Below, piece by piece: positions 12,341-22,551 of a stretch of 64,000 bases of DNA. The translations under genes and the position numbers were made by a program. Below the pieces are notes generated by a model, which made no database searches, was not told where the DNA came from, and saw only the letters and a program-made list of their open reading frames with translations. Each line of letters begins with the position of its first letter. The stretch's first letter is position 1. The stretch spans positions 12,028,001 to 12,092,000 of the forward strand of contig JBHGNT010000005.1 of NCBI GenBank assembly GCA_043228905.1. Reading direction: 5' to 3'. This DNA is from Azolla caroliniana (lineage: Eukaryota; Plantae; Polypodiophyta).

Positions 12341-13762
12341 TCACGACATCCGCCCCCACCTAACTGCGCATCCACCGGTATGCGCCAAAATTGGTTTCTG
12401 GTTGGAGAAAACCGGTCTGGGTTCCGTTTCTTCGTCCATCGGTTCGCCCTCCGTTTCGGATTGTTCGTCTTCGCTGTCCAAGCCTCTTAGATCCGGTTCG
12501 TCGTCGTGGCGTTTCTTGAACGCTTTGACCCGCTTCCCTGCTACCGGCATTGCCATCCTCGTACCGTCGAGTTCCGCCAGGTGATACGTCCCGTTTTTGT
12601 TGACGCTCGTTACCACGTAAGGCCCGAACCACCGCTTCGCGAACTTCCGTGTTGCTCGGTGCTGGTTGTCGAGGCTGCTGTCGTAGACTAGCACCCAGTC
12701 GCCTTCCTCGATTTTCTTTGGTCAGAGCCGGTGCGTTCGGTCGAACCGGGCTTTGTTCTTCATCCTCGTCGCCCGAAGTCTCTCCGCCGCTCGTTCCACG
12801 TCCTCTGGCCTCCGCTCGAGCTGCCGTATACGCGCCGCTAGCAGTTCTTCCCGACTCATTTCGTCACTCCAGTCTACTGTCGCCCAAGAGGAGATCGTCT
12901 GTTCTATCGGCATGATCGGCTTCTGTCTGAACATGAGCTTTGACGGCATGAACCCGGTTACCGAACTGTGCGTTGTCCGGTCCGCCCACAAGGCGTAAGG
13001 TAACAGCCATGGCCAGTTCCTGACCTGGTCTCCGCATGCCCAAACTAGCGCTTTGATGATTGGCCCGTGCCCGCGCTCTACCTTCCCGTTTGCCTCCGGA
13101 TTGTATGCTGTGGTGAGCGAGAGCTTGACCCCCAACCAGTTGAACAGCTCCTCGGCCTCTTCGGCATCCAACTCTCCGCGGTCAGCCACGATCTTTCCGA
13201 CGCACCCGTACCGGCATATCACGTCCTCGATTAGGAACCGACACACGGCCGCGGTCGTTTTGTTCTGCAGGGCTCGGCCTTCCACCTGGTTCGTCAGGTC
13301 CTCCCGCGCCAGCACCAGATATCGCATCTGTCCTACGCCCATCGGCATTGTCACCAAATCTACCATCCATTTGAAGTGGATGGCCGGAGGGTATGTGGGG
13401 TGAAGCTCGTTCTGATGTCGGACTATGGAGTGCATTTGACAGCTCTCACAAGTTGTCACGAACGATGCACGTCCCGGTATAGTCCCGACCACCAGTACTT
13501 CCCCTTCAGCTTCTCGAACGTGGCCCACGTCCCACGGTGCCCAGCCCAGGGGCTGTCGTGGTAGGCCTTCAGCAATTCCTCCTATTCCTCCTTCGTCGCC
13601 ACTACTCGGAGCGGGATGCCGTTCCTCTTCTTCGGGTGCTTCCACAAGTATCCGTCCCGGAGAAAGAACCGGTACGCTTTCTTCCGGATCCGGTTGGCCT
13701 CGTCCCTTGTCCACGATGCGTCTGGCATCATTGTCCTTAAGAATCCCCCAATCTGCAGCCAC
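12341..13762 (-). pseudogene. Integrase of element C (frameshifted pieces)
   Basis: CESCQ zinc finger, VDLV / VADRGE / VERGH catalytic core, and GPY motif WFGPYVV. Confidence 0.85.
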
Positions 13763-15114
13763 TCCCCGTCGTACTTGCTCTCGTTGAAATCGTTAAGTGC
13801 TAGAGTGCTCCCCCCCTCAGTTGACACGTAAGCCGCCTCGAAGAAGTCTACGCCGACTTCCTCGTCCTTCGAAACCATGCCGCCCTCGTCGTTGAATCGC
13901 GCCCTCGAAAGCATGTCGGCCATGGCATTGTCTTTCCCGGAAATGTGTCGTATTTCTGGATCCAGGGACTTGATGTACGCTATCCACCTGAGCATCGCCA
14001 GGTCCGGGGTTGCGCATCCGGAAACCATGCCGAGAATCGGCAGGCAATCCGTCTCGATAATCACCTCTGTCCCAATCAGATAGTCTTTATCGGCCTTTAC
14101 CGCCGAAACGATACCCCAGAGTTCGCGTTTAACCTGGGCGTATCCTCGCTGTCGCTCGCTGAGGACCTTCGTGCCGAACCGGATTGGGAACCGGATGCCG
14201 TCCTTGTCTTCTTGGTTGACGACCCATCCGATCCCGGTCGGACTCGTATCTACCGTTATGTAGATGGGAGTGCCTTTCTCGTAGACAGCCTTCTGGAGTG
14301 CCGGAGCCGCAGCAAGAGCCTCCTTCATCTTTCGCACCGTCTCCGTATGCTCGTCTCGCCACTCGAATTTTCGCCCCTTTTTTAGCAACCCGTATAGGGG
14401 CTCGGCAACGTGGGCATAATGTGGGATCCATATGTGGTAGAATGCGCATGCTCCCAAGAACCTCCGTACCTCCGTGACCGAGTTACAGTCGGGCTTCATT
14501 GCGGAGATGGCTTCCACCTTTGTTGGAGACGGTTTACGGCCATACGGTCCGCATAGATGTCCGACGACCATGATCTCTGATTGCCCGAAGGCCGATTTTT
14601 CCCCGGAGAAGGTGAGCCTCGCGTCCTCTAACCTTTCCAGCACCCTCTTGCAGTCGTCAATGTGTGTCGCCACGAATTTCCGGCATCCGTCCGGTCCGAT
14701 TGTTTCGTCCTTTTCCTCCACCGGACATCCCTTGATTGGGATGTCATCCAAGAATGGCATGGTGATGTCCGGGATACAATCCCTCAGCACCTTGTTCATC
14801 GCATTCACCATGTGGGCCACCGAGTTCGTCCCTCCCTGTGGCAGGGTACACATCCGCACTAGGCCGAGAGGAGTCCGCATCGTCGTAATGTCTCTGCTTT
14901 CTACGGCTAGTTGGAACTGATCGTACCCCGAGTACAGATCACCGACCGAGTAGATCGACCTTCCGGCGAAGGCCTCCACGAACTTGTCTATCGTTGGTCC
15001 GATTCCTGCGTTCCGAATGGTCACTCTGTTGACCGGTTGCAGGTCTTGAATGAAGCGCAACGCCCCGTTCTTCTTCGGTACGGTAAACCACTGGTTCGAG
15101 GATGCCCATATCAA
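13582..15114 (-). pseudogene. pol: Reverse transcriptase / RNase H of element C
   Basis: Motifs DLYSGYDQ, LPQG, PFLDD, VDTSPTGIG, ETDC and DNAMADMLSR. Confidence 0.9.
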
Positions 15115-16555
15115 CTTTCTGCCTTAATAGCTGCATCAGCTCCGGGATGTGAGCTCTCGGTACCGAAATTGGTTTGAGATTCCACGACACATGCGGTACC
15201 GTGAATATCACCATCGGCTTCACGACTGCCGGGTCTACACACCCGATCTCTCCCGGCGAGAATGCGAAGGCTTTCCCGTGCCTTCCGAGCATTCTCCGAA
15301 ACCGGTCTTCTTTCGCCAGCAGTAGGAACCCGCCCCCACCGACCTTGAGCTCCCGTAGCGTTCTGTCGGTGAAGGCGTGCCCTATGCAGGCCGGATCTCG
15401 TAAGCTGGGGTCCGACGCGACCCCCTTGATTCGTAACTCGCTGCCCTCCGGTAAGGGTGCCGCGACTGGCCTTACCTTCCGGTCCACAGTTTTGTACTTC
15501 GTGTTAACCCGGGCCGTCCGATCCGACTCGAGCCCTCGACTGAAGTTCGCGATGACTTCATACATCTCTTCTGAACAAACCAGTATTGTCCGGTCCTCTT
15601 TAAGGCCCTCTCCGACCACCTCTCGTAGTATTCCGAAGGTATCGTCGAAGGAGACCGCCTCCACGGCTCCGTTGATTTCCTCGCTGGGCCCGAGAACTCC
15701 GCACGCCCGAAGTCGCTCTTCTGCCCTTGTCTTTTCTCGGCCTACGACGCCAACTATCGTACACCCTCCGTTGTCGGAGAAACAAAACTTCCTACTTATG
15801 GTACAAGGTTTCTTCGGTTTCGCTTCTATCGTACATTTGTGGGGTTTTCCCGGAGTGTCTGGACTGTCGCGGCCCCACGCCTTGGCAGCCCTCTCTAAAA
15901 ATCCTCTCGGTTCTCGCCACTGAGGGACTCGCCTGAGGGACTCGCGGTTTCGCTCGTGGTTCGGTCGCACCGTCAGGAACTGGACCGAATGACGCCCGTC
16001 CTGACTTTTGACCCTCGCGTAAGCCGACCCGTTGTCCAGCACCTTGGTCTCCATTCGCGCCGCCGTAATGTACAGTTCCCCTAGAATGACCGGGTGCGAG
16101 GACGTTTCCTGCACAAAGAAGTGTTGGTCTATTTCGACGTCGCCGATCTTGACTCGCACGTTTGGGCAGGCCCTGTGTAGTTCCTCGGTGGCTCGTGTCG
16201 CCGCCCGTATCTTCCACCCGTGCTTAGTGTTGATTGGCCATTTCCCCTTTTTGTAGAAGTCCATGGACATCAGGTTTATTTCTGAACCGTGGTCCACCAT
16301 CGCCACCACCGGTTCCTGAACATCTCCGATCTTCACCGGGGTTTCCGTGGTCGCTCGGGCCCAGTGTGGCCTCGAATAGTGGCTCTCCGCCCACTCGTCT
16401 TCCAGCGCCATGTCCTCTATGTGCGCCGTCCGCACTTCCACTGGCCTTTCTGGTTCTGCCTCTGTCGACAACCTCTTCCTCTTCACCAAGTCCATGATGA
16501 AGTCGTGGAACTCCTTCTTGGCTATCCCGAGCACCTCTAGCAACGACAGTTCCAC
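14939..16555 (-). pseudogene. Protease and N-terminal pol of element C
   Basis: Aspartic protease motif AMVDHGSEINLMS and KYKTVDRKVRPVAAPLP; frameshifted relative to the RT ORF near 15100. Confidence 0.8.
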
Positions 16556-16588
16556 CTTGCTGTCGAGGATTCGTTCTTCCAGGACCTT

Positions 16589-18061
16589 TCATAGGTCCGT
16601 GGTCCTTTTGATCTCCGTGCCCAAACGGTATCCGCCCTTCTTATGGTTATCCCGGGCACTGGACTCACTGGCCTCGATCCGTTTCGGCCCGAATCGGGTT
16701 TCGTATCTCTGTGAGGGTCCGGCCCCTCTGTTCTTACCTACCCGTTTGTCTTCAACCAGAGCCTCGTAGTTCTGGCAAGCTGCTTCGACGAAACCCGTCT
16801 TTTCTTCGACCGGGTCACTCCATCCGGTTACCTCATGGACCCGCTTCTCCGCGCGGTCCGCCTCGTCTCTCTTCAGTCGGGCACCGGCGAGGCCTTCCAG
16901 CACCGTCAGCCGGAATTCGGCTTTGCTCTCCTTCCGGGCCCCGCTGCCCCCGACCCGAATACCGGCTGACGTTGAGTAGTGGACGGTCTCCGCGTGCCGG
17001 GCTGCCGCCTCTTCCATCAGCCTTTTCATTCCTCCTCTCCCGTCGTTTCGGTTCAGGGCCCTCCGGGTATCGCTGGCGTGCACCCGACCTTCCCATAGGT
17101 ACACTACCCGGCTTCTCAAAGCCTCCATAAAGTCCCCGCAGTCTTTCCAGATGTGGCCGACCTCGTCGCACCACATGCACCTACTTCCTGCCGGAGGCCG
17201 TCGGTCACGAGCCTGATCGCCGCCTTCCCTCCGAGCCTGGGCGATTTGGAGATCCTTTACCGCTCGTGTCAACTCCTCCAGAGCTGTTCCCCCGGACGAG
17301 CCTCTGATCACGCCGGTCGAAGGCGAACCGGTTTTGAGCCACTCCCGGGTCTCTTCCCTTTGTGCCCGCGGTATCGGTTTGAGCTTCCTTGCTGCGACAG
17401 GTGCCGCCCCGGTCGCCTCTGTATCAACCCACTCCCACCGTTTGTCAAAACGGCCGCAGACTCTCTTTACCGCGGCCCAGTCGGTCGTCAGCCCGTCTTC
17501 GGTTTCCAATAAGGAGCCAACTTGCCCCCGATCCCGTGTGTCAACCGATTTGACAAACAGTAGGACAGGACTTGTGTCCAGAACAGTCTGATCGAGCGCC
17601 GAAAGGCGCGCAAAGCGTTCCTCAAACTCCCAGAGGATTACCGACGTATTTCTTCCTTTGTTGGGGGAATCCACCCACTCCATGAAGCTCCGCTTCGAAA
17701 GTCGAAGCGCGTCATCCAGCCCGTATTTCTCCAGGAGCCGTCCTTCGAACTCTTCCCAGGTCCGGCTCTCCACCCGGACCTCGAGTACATCCGCATGGAT
17801 GCCTGGCATCGCCACTCGAGGGAATCCGGCAAGACGCCTCTCTTCCGGAATATCCCTCATCAACATCTCCGCCCGATAGGACACCAAATAACTCATGGCA
17901 TCCTTTCCACTGAACCGGCCGATCATACCGACGATCGCCTCAATAGCCCTGTCAAGGGCGCCGGTGCCCTCGCGCGCGCTCACTATCCGGTCCACGGCCG
18001 AAGCCATGGCCTCTGCAAGATCCGACCCCCTCATCTTCTGCTCCTTTGCCGCCTGTTTCAC
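16589..18061 (-). CDS. gag: Gag of element C (zinc knuckle CMWCDEVGHIWKDC), ending at a premature stop
   Basis: 490-aa ORF starting at the PBS, homologous to the element D gag (CMWCDSIDHQKKDC). Confidence 0.8.
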   Translation of the reverse strand: MKQAAKEQKMRGSDLAEAMASAVDRIVSAREGTGALDRAIEAIVGMIGRFSGKDAMSYLVSYRAEMLMRDIPEERRLAGFPRVAMPGIHADVLEVRVESRTWEEFEGRLLEKYGLDDALRLSKRSFMEWVDSPNKGRNTSVILWEFEERFARLSALDQTVLDTSPVLLFVKSVDTRDRGQVGSLLETEDGLTTDWAAVKRVCGRFDKRWEWVDTEATGAAPVAARKLKPIPRAQREETREWLKTGSPSTGVIRGSSGGTALEELTRAVKDLQIAQARREGGDQARDRRPPAGSRCMWCDEVGHIWKDCGDFMEALRSRVVYLWEGRVHASDTRRALNRNDGRGGMKRLMEEAAARHAETVHYSTSAGIRVGGSGARKESKAEFRLTVLEGLAGARLKRDEADRAEKRVHEVTGWSDPVEEKTGFVEAACQNYEALVEDKRVGKNRGAGPSQRYETRFGPKRIEASESSARDNHKKGGYRLGTEIKRTTDL

Positions 18062-18074
18062 GTCGGGTTCACCA
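18057..18074 (-). promoter_or_regulatory. PBS complementary to tRNA-Trp (element C)
   Basis: TGGTGAACCCGACGTGAA; the identical 18-mer occurs at 26101-26118 in element D. It matches the plant tRNA-Trp 3' end (..TTCACGTCGGGTTCA-CCA, recalled from memory). Confidence 0.85.
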
Positions 18075-18717
18075 AAGATGTCGCGTTACTACACGCGTGC
18101 GTGGAGAAACGAGGCGGGACCACAGGGATCTTGAACCGAAGAGCAGGTGATAGAAGGGGAAAGAGAAGGAGAGAGACGCCCGGTCACGTATGAGCAAAGG
18201 AACACAGGGGCATGGCCCGTCAACACAGAAGACGCGAATGGACACAGAGACAGGGAGAGACAAGTGTTTGTATATTAACGAATAACAAGTACACAGCAGA
18301 ACGCGCGAGCGGCTACAACCGAACAGGCCGGCGAACAGATGTCGATGCCTGTTCGTCTGCGCACGAAATGGGGATAGGATGGAGGTGCTACTGGAAGCAC
18401 ACGGGCGTTCCTCGAAGCATCGTGAGCCTCCCGAAACCTGCAGAGAAGAGCAACAGAGAACAGACAGAGGAGAAGCGTTCAGTTCCGGTCCGACAACACT
18501 TCGTCCTCCTCAATGCGTGATCCCTTCTCCCTGCGTCTCCCTCATTTACTTCCTACCTACCGAATCTAACTACCCCGGATCTCTCTCTGTACCTAATTCT
18601 CTATTATATACACTAAGAGCGCGCACACGTGAAGGGCCGGTTCATGTGCGCTATTCCCCGATTGCGCCAGGGGACGGTTTTCTTCACGACACCGTTAAAA
18701 AAGAAGAAGAAGGGAAG

Positions 18718-19173
18718 ACAGTCATGACTATTAGAACACATGGCACCATGATGTCACACAAGCCGATAAACCCTAGGGAACAAAAAGAAGTTTACAGATG
18801 GTTTTCTGCACATCACAAAAAACAGACTTCCGCCTTCAACCCTCCTTGCTCTCTTCGCTCCTCCCGCTCTCCTCGCTCCCCACCATACCACAGAGTGCCC
18901 AATCACCACGGCTTGCGAACCTCACCCAGTCGACCCTTCCCCCCTTTCCCCACGATGCTGATCACCATCTCTACAACCTTACGCAGGTGGGTCATGGAAA
19001 AAGGATTTGAGGGATATATCAGGGTTGCGGAAGCACCATCGCACCTTGACGTGCTGGAGATAGCCAAGAAACTCAACGTGGACACAATGAAGAACTCCAC
19101 CATCCGTAAGAAATTAGGATTGTCCGCGAACGGGGGAAAACACTTCGATATTTTCCCTTTGGACGACGAATAG
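18718..19173 (+). pseudogene. N-terminal part of the 3' extra ORF of element B
   Basis: ORF between the integrase stop and the 3' LTR; its end overlaps in homology with the fragment starting at 336. Confidence 0.6.
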
Positions 19174-22100
19174 ACGGACGGGTTCGACATGCCATGGCAC
19201 TGTCCCATAGGCGTTCCAGGTGCTGTCCGCCGGACATAACGCGGGATAAATTAAAATATTGTAAGAAATGAATGTAACGGTTCACACGAGGAGCATAATC
19301 GACGAGACGCCCTGTGTATTTAAAGGGCAGAAATCCTGTGTAAAGGGTTAGCGTTGTTTTGAGAGTTCTTTTCTAATATAGTACTATCTCCCCTGATTTA
19401 CTATGTAAGTGCCGGTGTGATAATTAGTGAGGGTTATATTCTGTTAAGAAGTGCATAACTGGAAACGTAAGGTTAAGCGTGTTAGCGTAGTTATGCATCG
19501 TTCCTTCGGTTGAAGCTGGGAACCTTCACGCCCTGTAGATACGTACCATTTAGTAACAAGTGAGGTACGAGCGTACACAGTGCGCCTCTGTATCCCTTGT
19601 AACGCAACCCCTTGATGCCTACCCCGAAGGACTGTGGGTAGACAGTGTTCTAGTCGATAGTACGCCGACAACATTCATCGATAGCATACTAGACGTAGTC
19701 GCAGGCCATGACATGTACAATTTTCTAGATGGCTTTAGTGGATACAATCAGGTACGTATGCATCATGATGACCAAGAGAAGACTATGTTCGTCACGGTCT
19801 GGGGGGGCTTATGTCGCGGTGGTCATGATGTTTGGGCTCAAGACAACGCCGACAACTTTCCAGCAAACAATCACAAAGATCTTTGGGGAGTATATGCCTT
19901 CCTTTATGGAAGTTTTCCTTGACGACTTCGTGGTATATGGAATAGGAGCCGAACATTTGGCCCATCTCCAACTCCATTTGGAACGTTGTCGAACTTCACG
20001 TCTAAGCTTGAATCCAACAAAATGCGCATTTGGCGTTACTAGTGGAGCTATCCTTGGCCACATCACATCGTAAGCAAGGAAGGGATAGCGGTGAATCCTA
20101 AGAAAATTACGGCAATAATTGAAGCAAAAACTCCAACTACTGCCAAAACACTCAGTCATTTTCTAGGACAAATACGATGGCATAGGCGTCTGTTACGGTA
20201 TTTGGCGGATTTCACTACCCCATTACACCCCGCCGTACATCGGACACCTTTCAAGTGGATGGCAATTGAAGAAAAAACTTACGAAGCACTCAAGATAATG
20301 TTAACACAGGCACCGGTCGTATAACCACTAGATTGGACGAAACCTTTCCATGTCTTTGTGGATGCTTCAGATATAGCAATACGCAGCGCATTGATGCAGC
20401 TCACGGAGCAAAATCGGTATAGGCCGGTCTATTACGCTAGTCGCAAGCTATCTACTACCAAACGAAATTACTCCACAACAAAACGGGAGGCGTTGGGAAT
20501 GATATACAACATCAACAAATTCCGGCATTACCAGGTAGGGTGAAAATTTACGTTTCACGTAGATCACACGGCGCTATTGTACATGGTGGAGAAATAGGCA
20601 CTCACAGGGAAGTTGGCCAGGAGTTCGACTTTGTAATTCAGCATCGGCCAAGTACGCAACACGTTGTAGCGGATTTTTTAAGTAGAATGGATAACGGGGA
20701 AAATATGCGTGAGAATGACGACGACTTTCCTGGCGCTGACATTCTACAGGTCGCGACGATAGCGTCACGGGAATAGAAATTTTTTCCGGATAGTTGGTTG
20801 AAGGATATGACGTACTTTCTGACCACGGGATTGCAACCGCGGCAACTCAGGACAGACGCAAAGAAGCATTGGTTGTCCGTAGTCGTAACTTTTGCCTGGT
20901 TGAAGGGGTCCTTTATCACAAGGGCAGCGATGGAATTTGGCGATGCGTGATATGCCAGGATGAGAAGGAAGCTGTTTTGTGTGAAGCTCACTGCGGAACG
21001 ACAGGGGGACACTATGTGGGCGATGTTACGGCCAGAAAAATATGGCAAGCAAGCTTATGGTGGCCAACTACGCAAAAAGATGCGTATCTATACTGTTGAC
21101 AGTGCGATTTATGTCAACGATTGGGGCAACCCACGGAGGTCGCAAGGATGCCACATCAACCGGTTCTGCACTTGGAGCCATTCCAGAAATGGGGTCTTGA
21201 TTTTGTTGGTCCCTTTACGCCAGCTGCAACACGGACCAGCAATAGATATATTTTGGTGGCCACGGATTACTACACTAAGTGGGTAGAAGCAAAAGAATGA
21301 CGAGACAATACGGCAGCATCCATGGTGAAATTTCTTTACGAATACATTTGGTGCCGTTTTGGCTGCCCCATCAAGCTAATCAGGATTCTGAATTCGGTCA
21401 TCCTGGAGATGACACACCATTACGCCATGGTTCATAAGAAGAGCACACCATATTACCCGCAGGTGAATGGGCTAGCAGAATCCACGAACAAAATCTTACA
21501 TACCATATTGAAAAAGATTGTGAACGAGAATAGAACAAATTGGGATACCAAACTACACAGTGCCTTGGGGGCATATCAGACGAGTTAAAAAACTAGCATA
21601 TAGTCCATGCCTTTCCGGCTAGCATTTCGGTTAGAGGCCGTAATGCCCATCGAATTCCAGGTACCCAGTTTGCGGATTCAAGTACGAGACCGGCTATCAG
21701 AACTCAAGTCCGAGGAAATATGGCTACAACAACTTCTCGAACTAGGTGAGGCGCATATCTGCAGTATGGCCATACTTGAGCAAGAGCAGGTACGACGTAA
21801 AGCATTCGTGGACTGGCATCAGGGCTAACGAGAGAAGGACTTTGTAGTAGGAAAGGCCGTATTAGTTTTTCAAACACCCACGGGTCAAATGCCAGGGAAA
21901 TTACGGTTCCGATGGACGGGGCCGTACTGGATAGTTGGAGCGGAGAACGACACTTTTCAATTAGGAACTCTCGTCGGGGAGTTAATTCGACAGAAAGTGA
22001 ATGGGTTCCAATTAAAACCTTATCTAGGACCTACGCATGCAAACCCGTTTCACGCCGTCACTGACATGGCAGAGGGGCCCATACACTAATTAATAGCTAG

Positions 22101-22551
22101 GGCCCTCTTCTAATATAATTAATAGATGGGGCCCATTTCCGTGTTTCATTCCCATTCTTGTGATTCAAGACTCGGTTGTGGTTGAGCAATATTCCACGCC
22201 ATTCTTATCGATCTGGTATCAGAGTGAACAACACAAGAAATGGAAGAATCGTTCAACGACATGTTCAAGCTCACCGGCTCCAACTACTCAATGTGGAAGT
22301 CGAAGATGAGGGATATGCTAATAGTTAAAGATCTTTGGTTGCCGGTTCAGTTCGGGGACAAGAGACCAGACAAGATTGACGCCACAGTGTTGGACGTGAT
22401 GCACATGAAGACGACGGCATACATCTGGTGTTTCATCGACATGAGCCTGTACAACAACTTCAATGAAGAAAGTAAGGCTCACAAAGTCTGGGAGAAGATC
22501 GGCATCATGTTCCAGAACAAGAATGTCGTTAATCGGGTTTTTGTATTCCGA

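Larger units (their letters stand above)
11701..18691 (-). mobile_element. Near full-length Gypsy element C (tRNA-Trp PBS, no chromodomain)
   Basis: LTRs 11701-12348 and 18079-18691 (TG..CA; ~20 substitutions by eye plus one 35-bp indel). 4-bp TSD CCGT (11697-11700 / 18692-18695), PBS 18057-18074, PPT GGTGGGGGCGGA 12349-12360. gag-pro-RT-RH-INT lie on the minus strand. Confidence 0.95.
5226..19673 (+). mobile_element. Gypsy element B (same family as A), nested in the RT of A; 5' LTR mostly deleted
   Basis: 5' LTR remnant 5226-5276 matches the end of the 3' LTR 19221-19673. PBS at 5281, gag ~5330-6790, protease IIDGGSGVNVIS ~7215, RT 9134-9938 (VFLDD), integrase 10530-11644 (ALDFVGP, ISDQG), eORF 18718-19173. 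Confidence 0.85.
1112..22131 (+). mobile_element. Gypsy element A (non-chromovirus, tRNA-Arg PBS), degenerate, 3'-truncated, interrupted by nested insertions
   Basis: 5' LTR 1112-1552 (TGTTG...TAACA), PBS TGGCACGCCTG at 1557, gag with CCHC-like motifs ~1790-3090, protease ~3470-3790. RT starts at 4908-5196 and resumes at 19674 (FIDSILDVVAGHDMYNFLDG). RNase H ~20358 (DASDIAI), integrase ~20960-22089. Many stops and frameshifts. Confidence 0.85.

Noticed and set aside
15174-15923. Long plus-strand ORFs antisense to element C pol (also 13945-14920)
   Set aside because: Expected shadow ORFs of GC-rich coding sequence, with no motifs.
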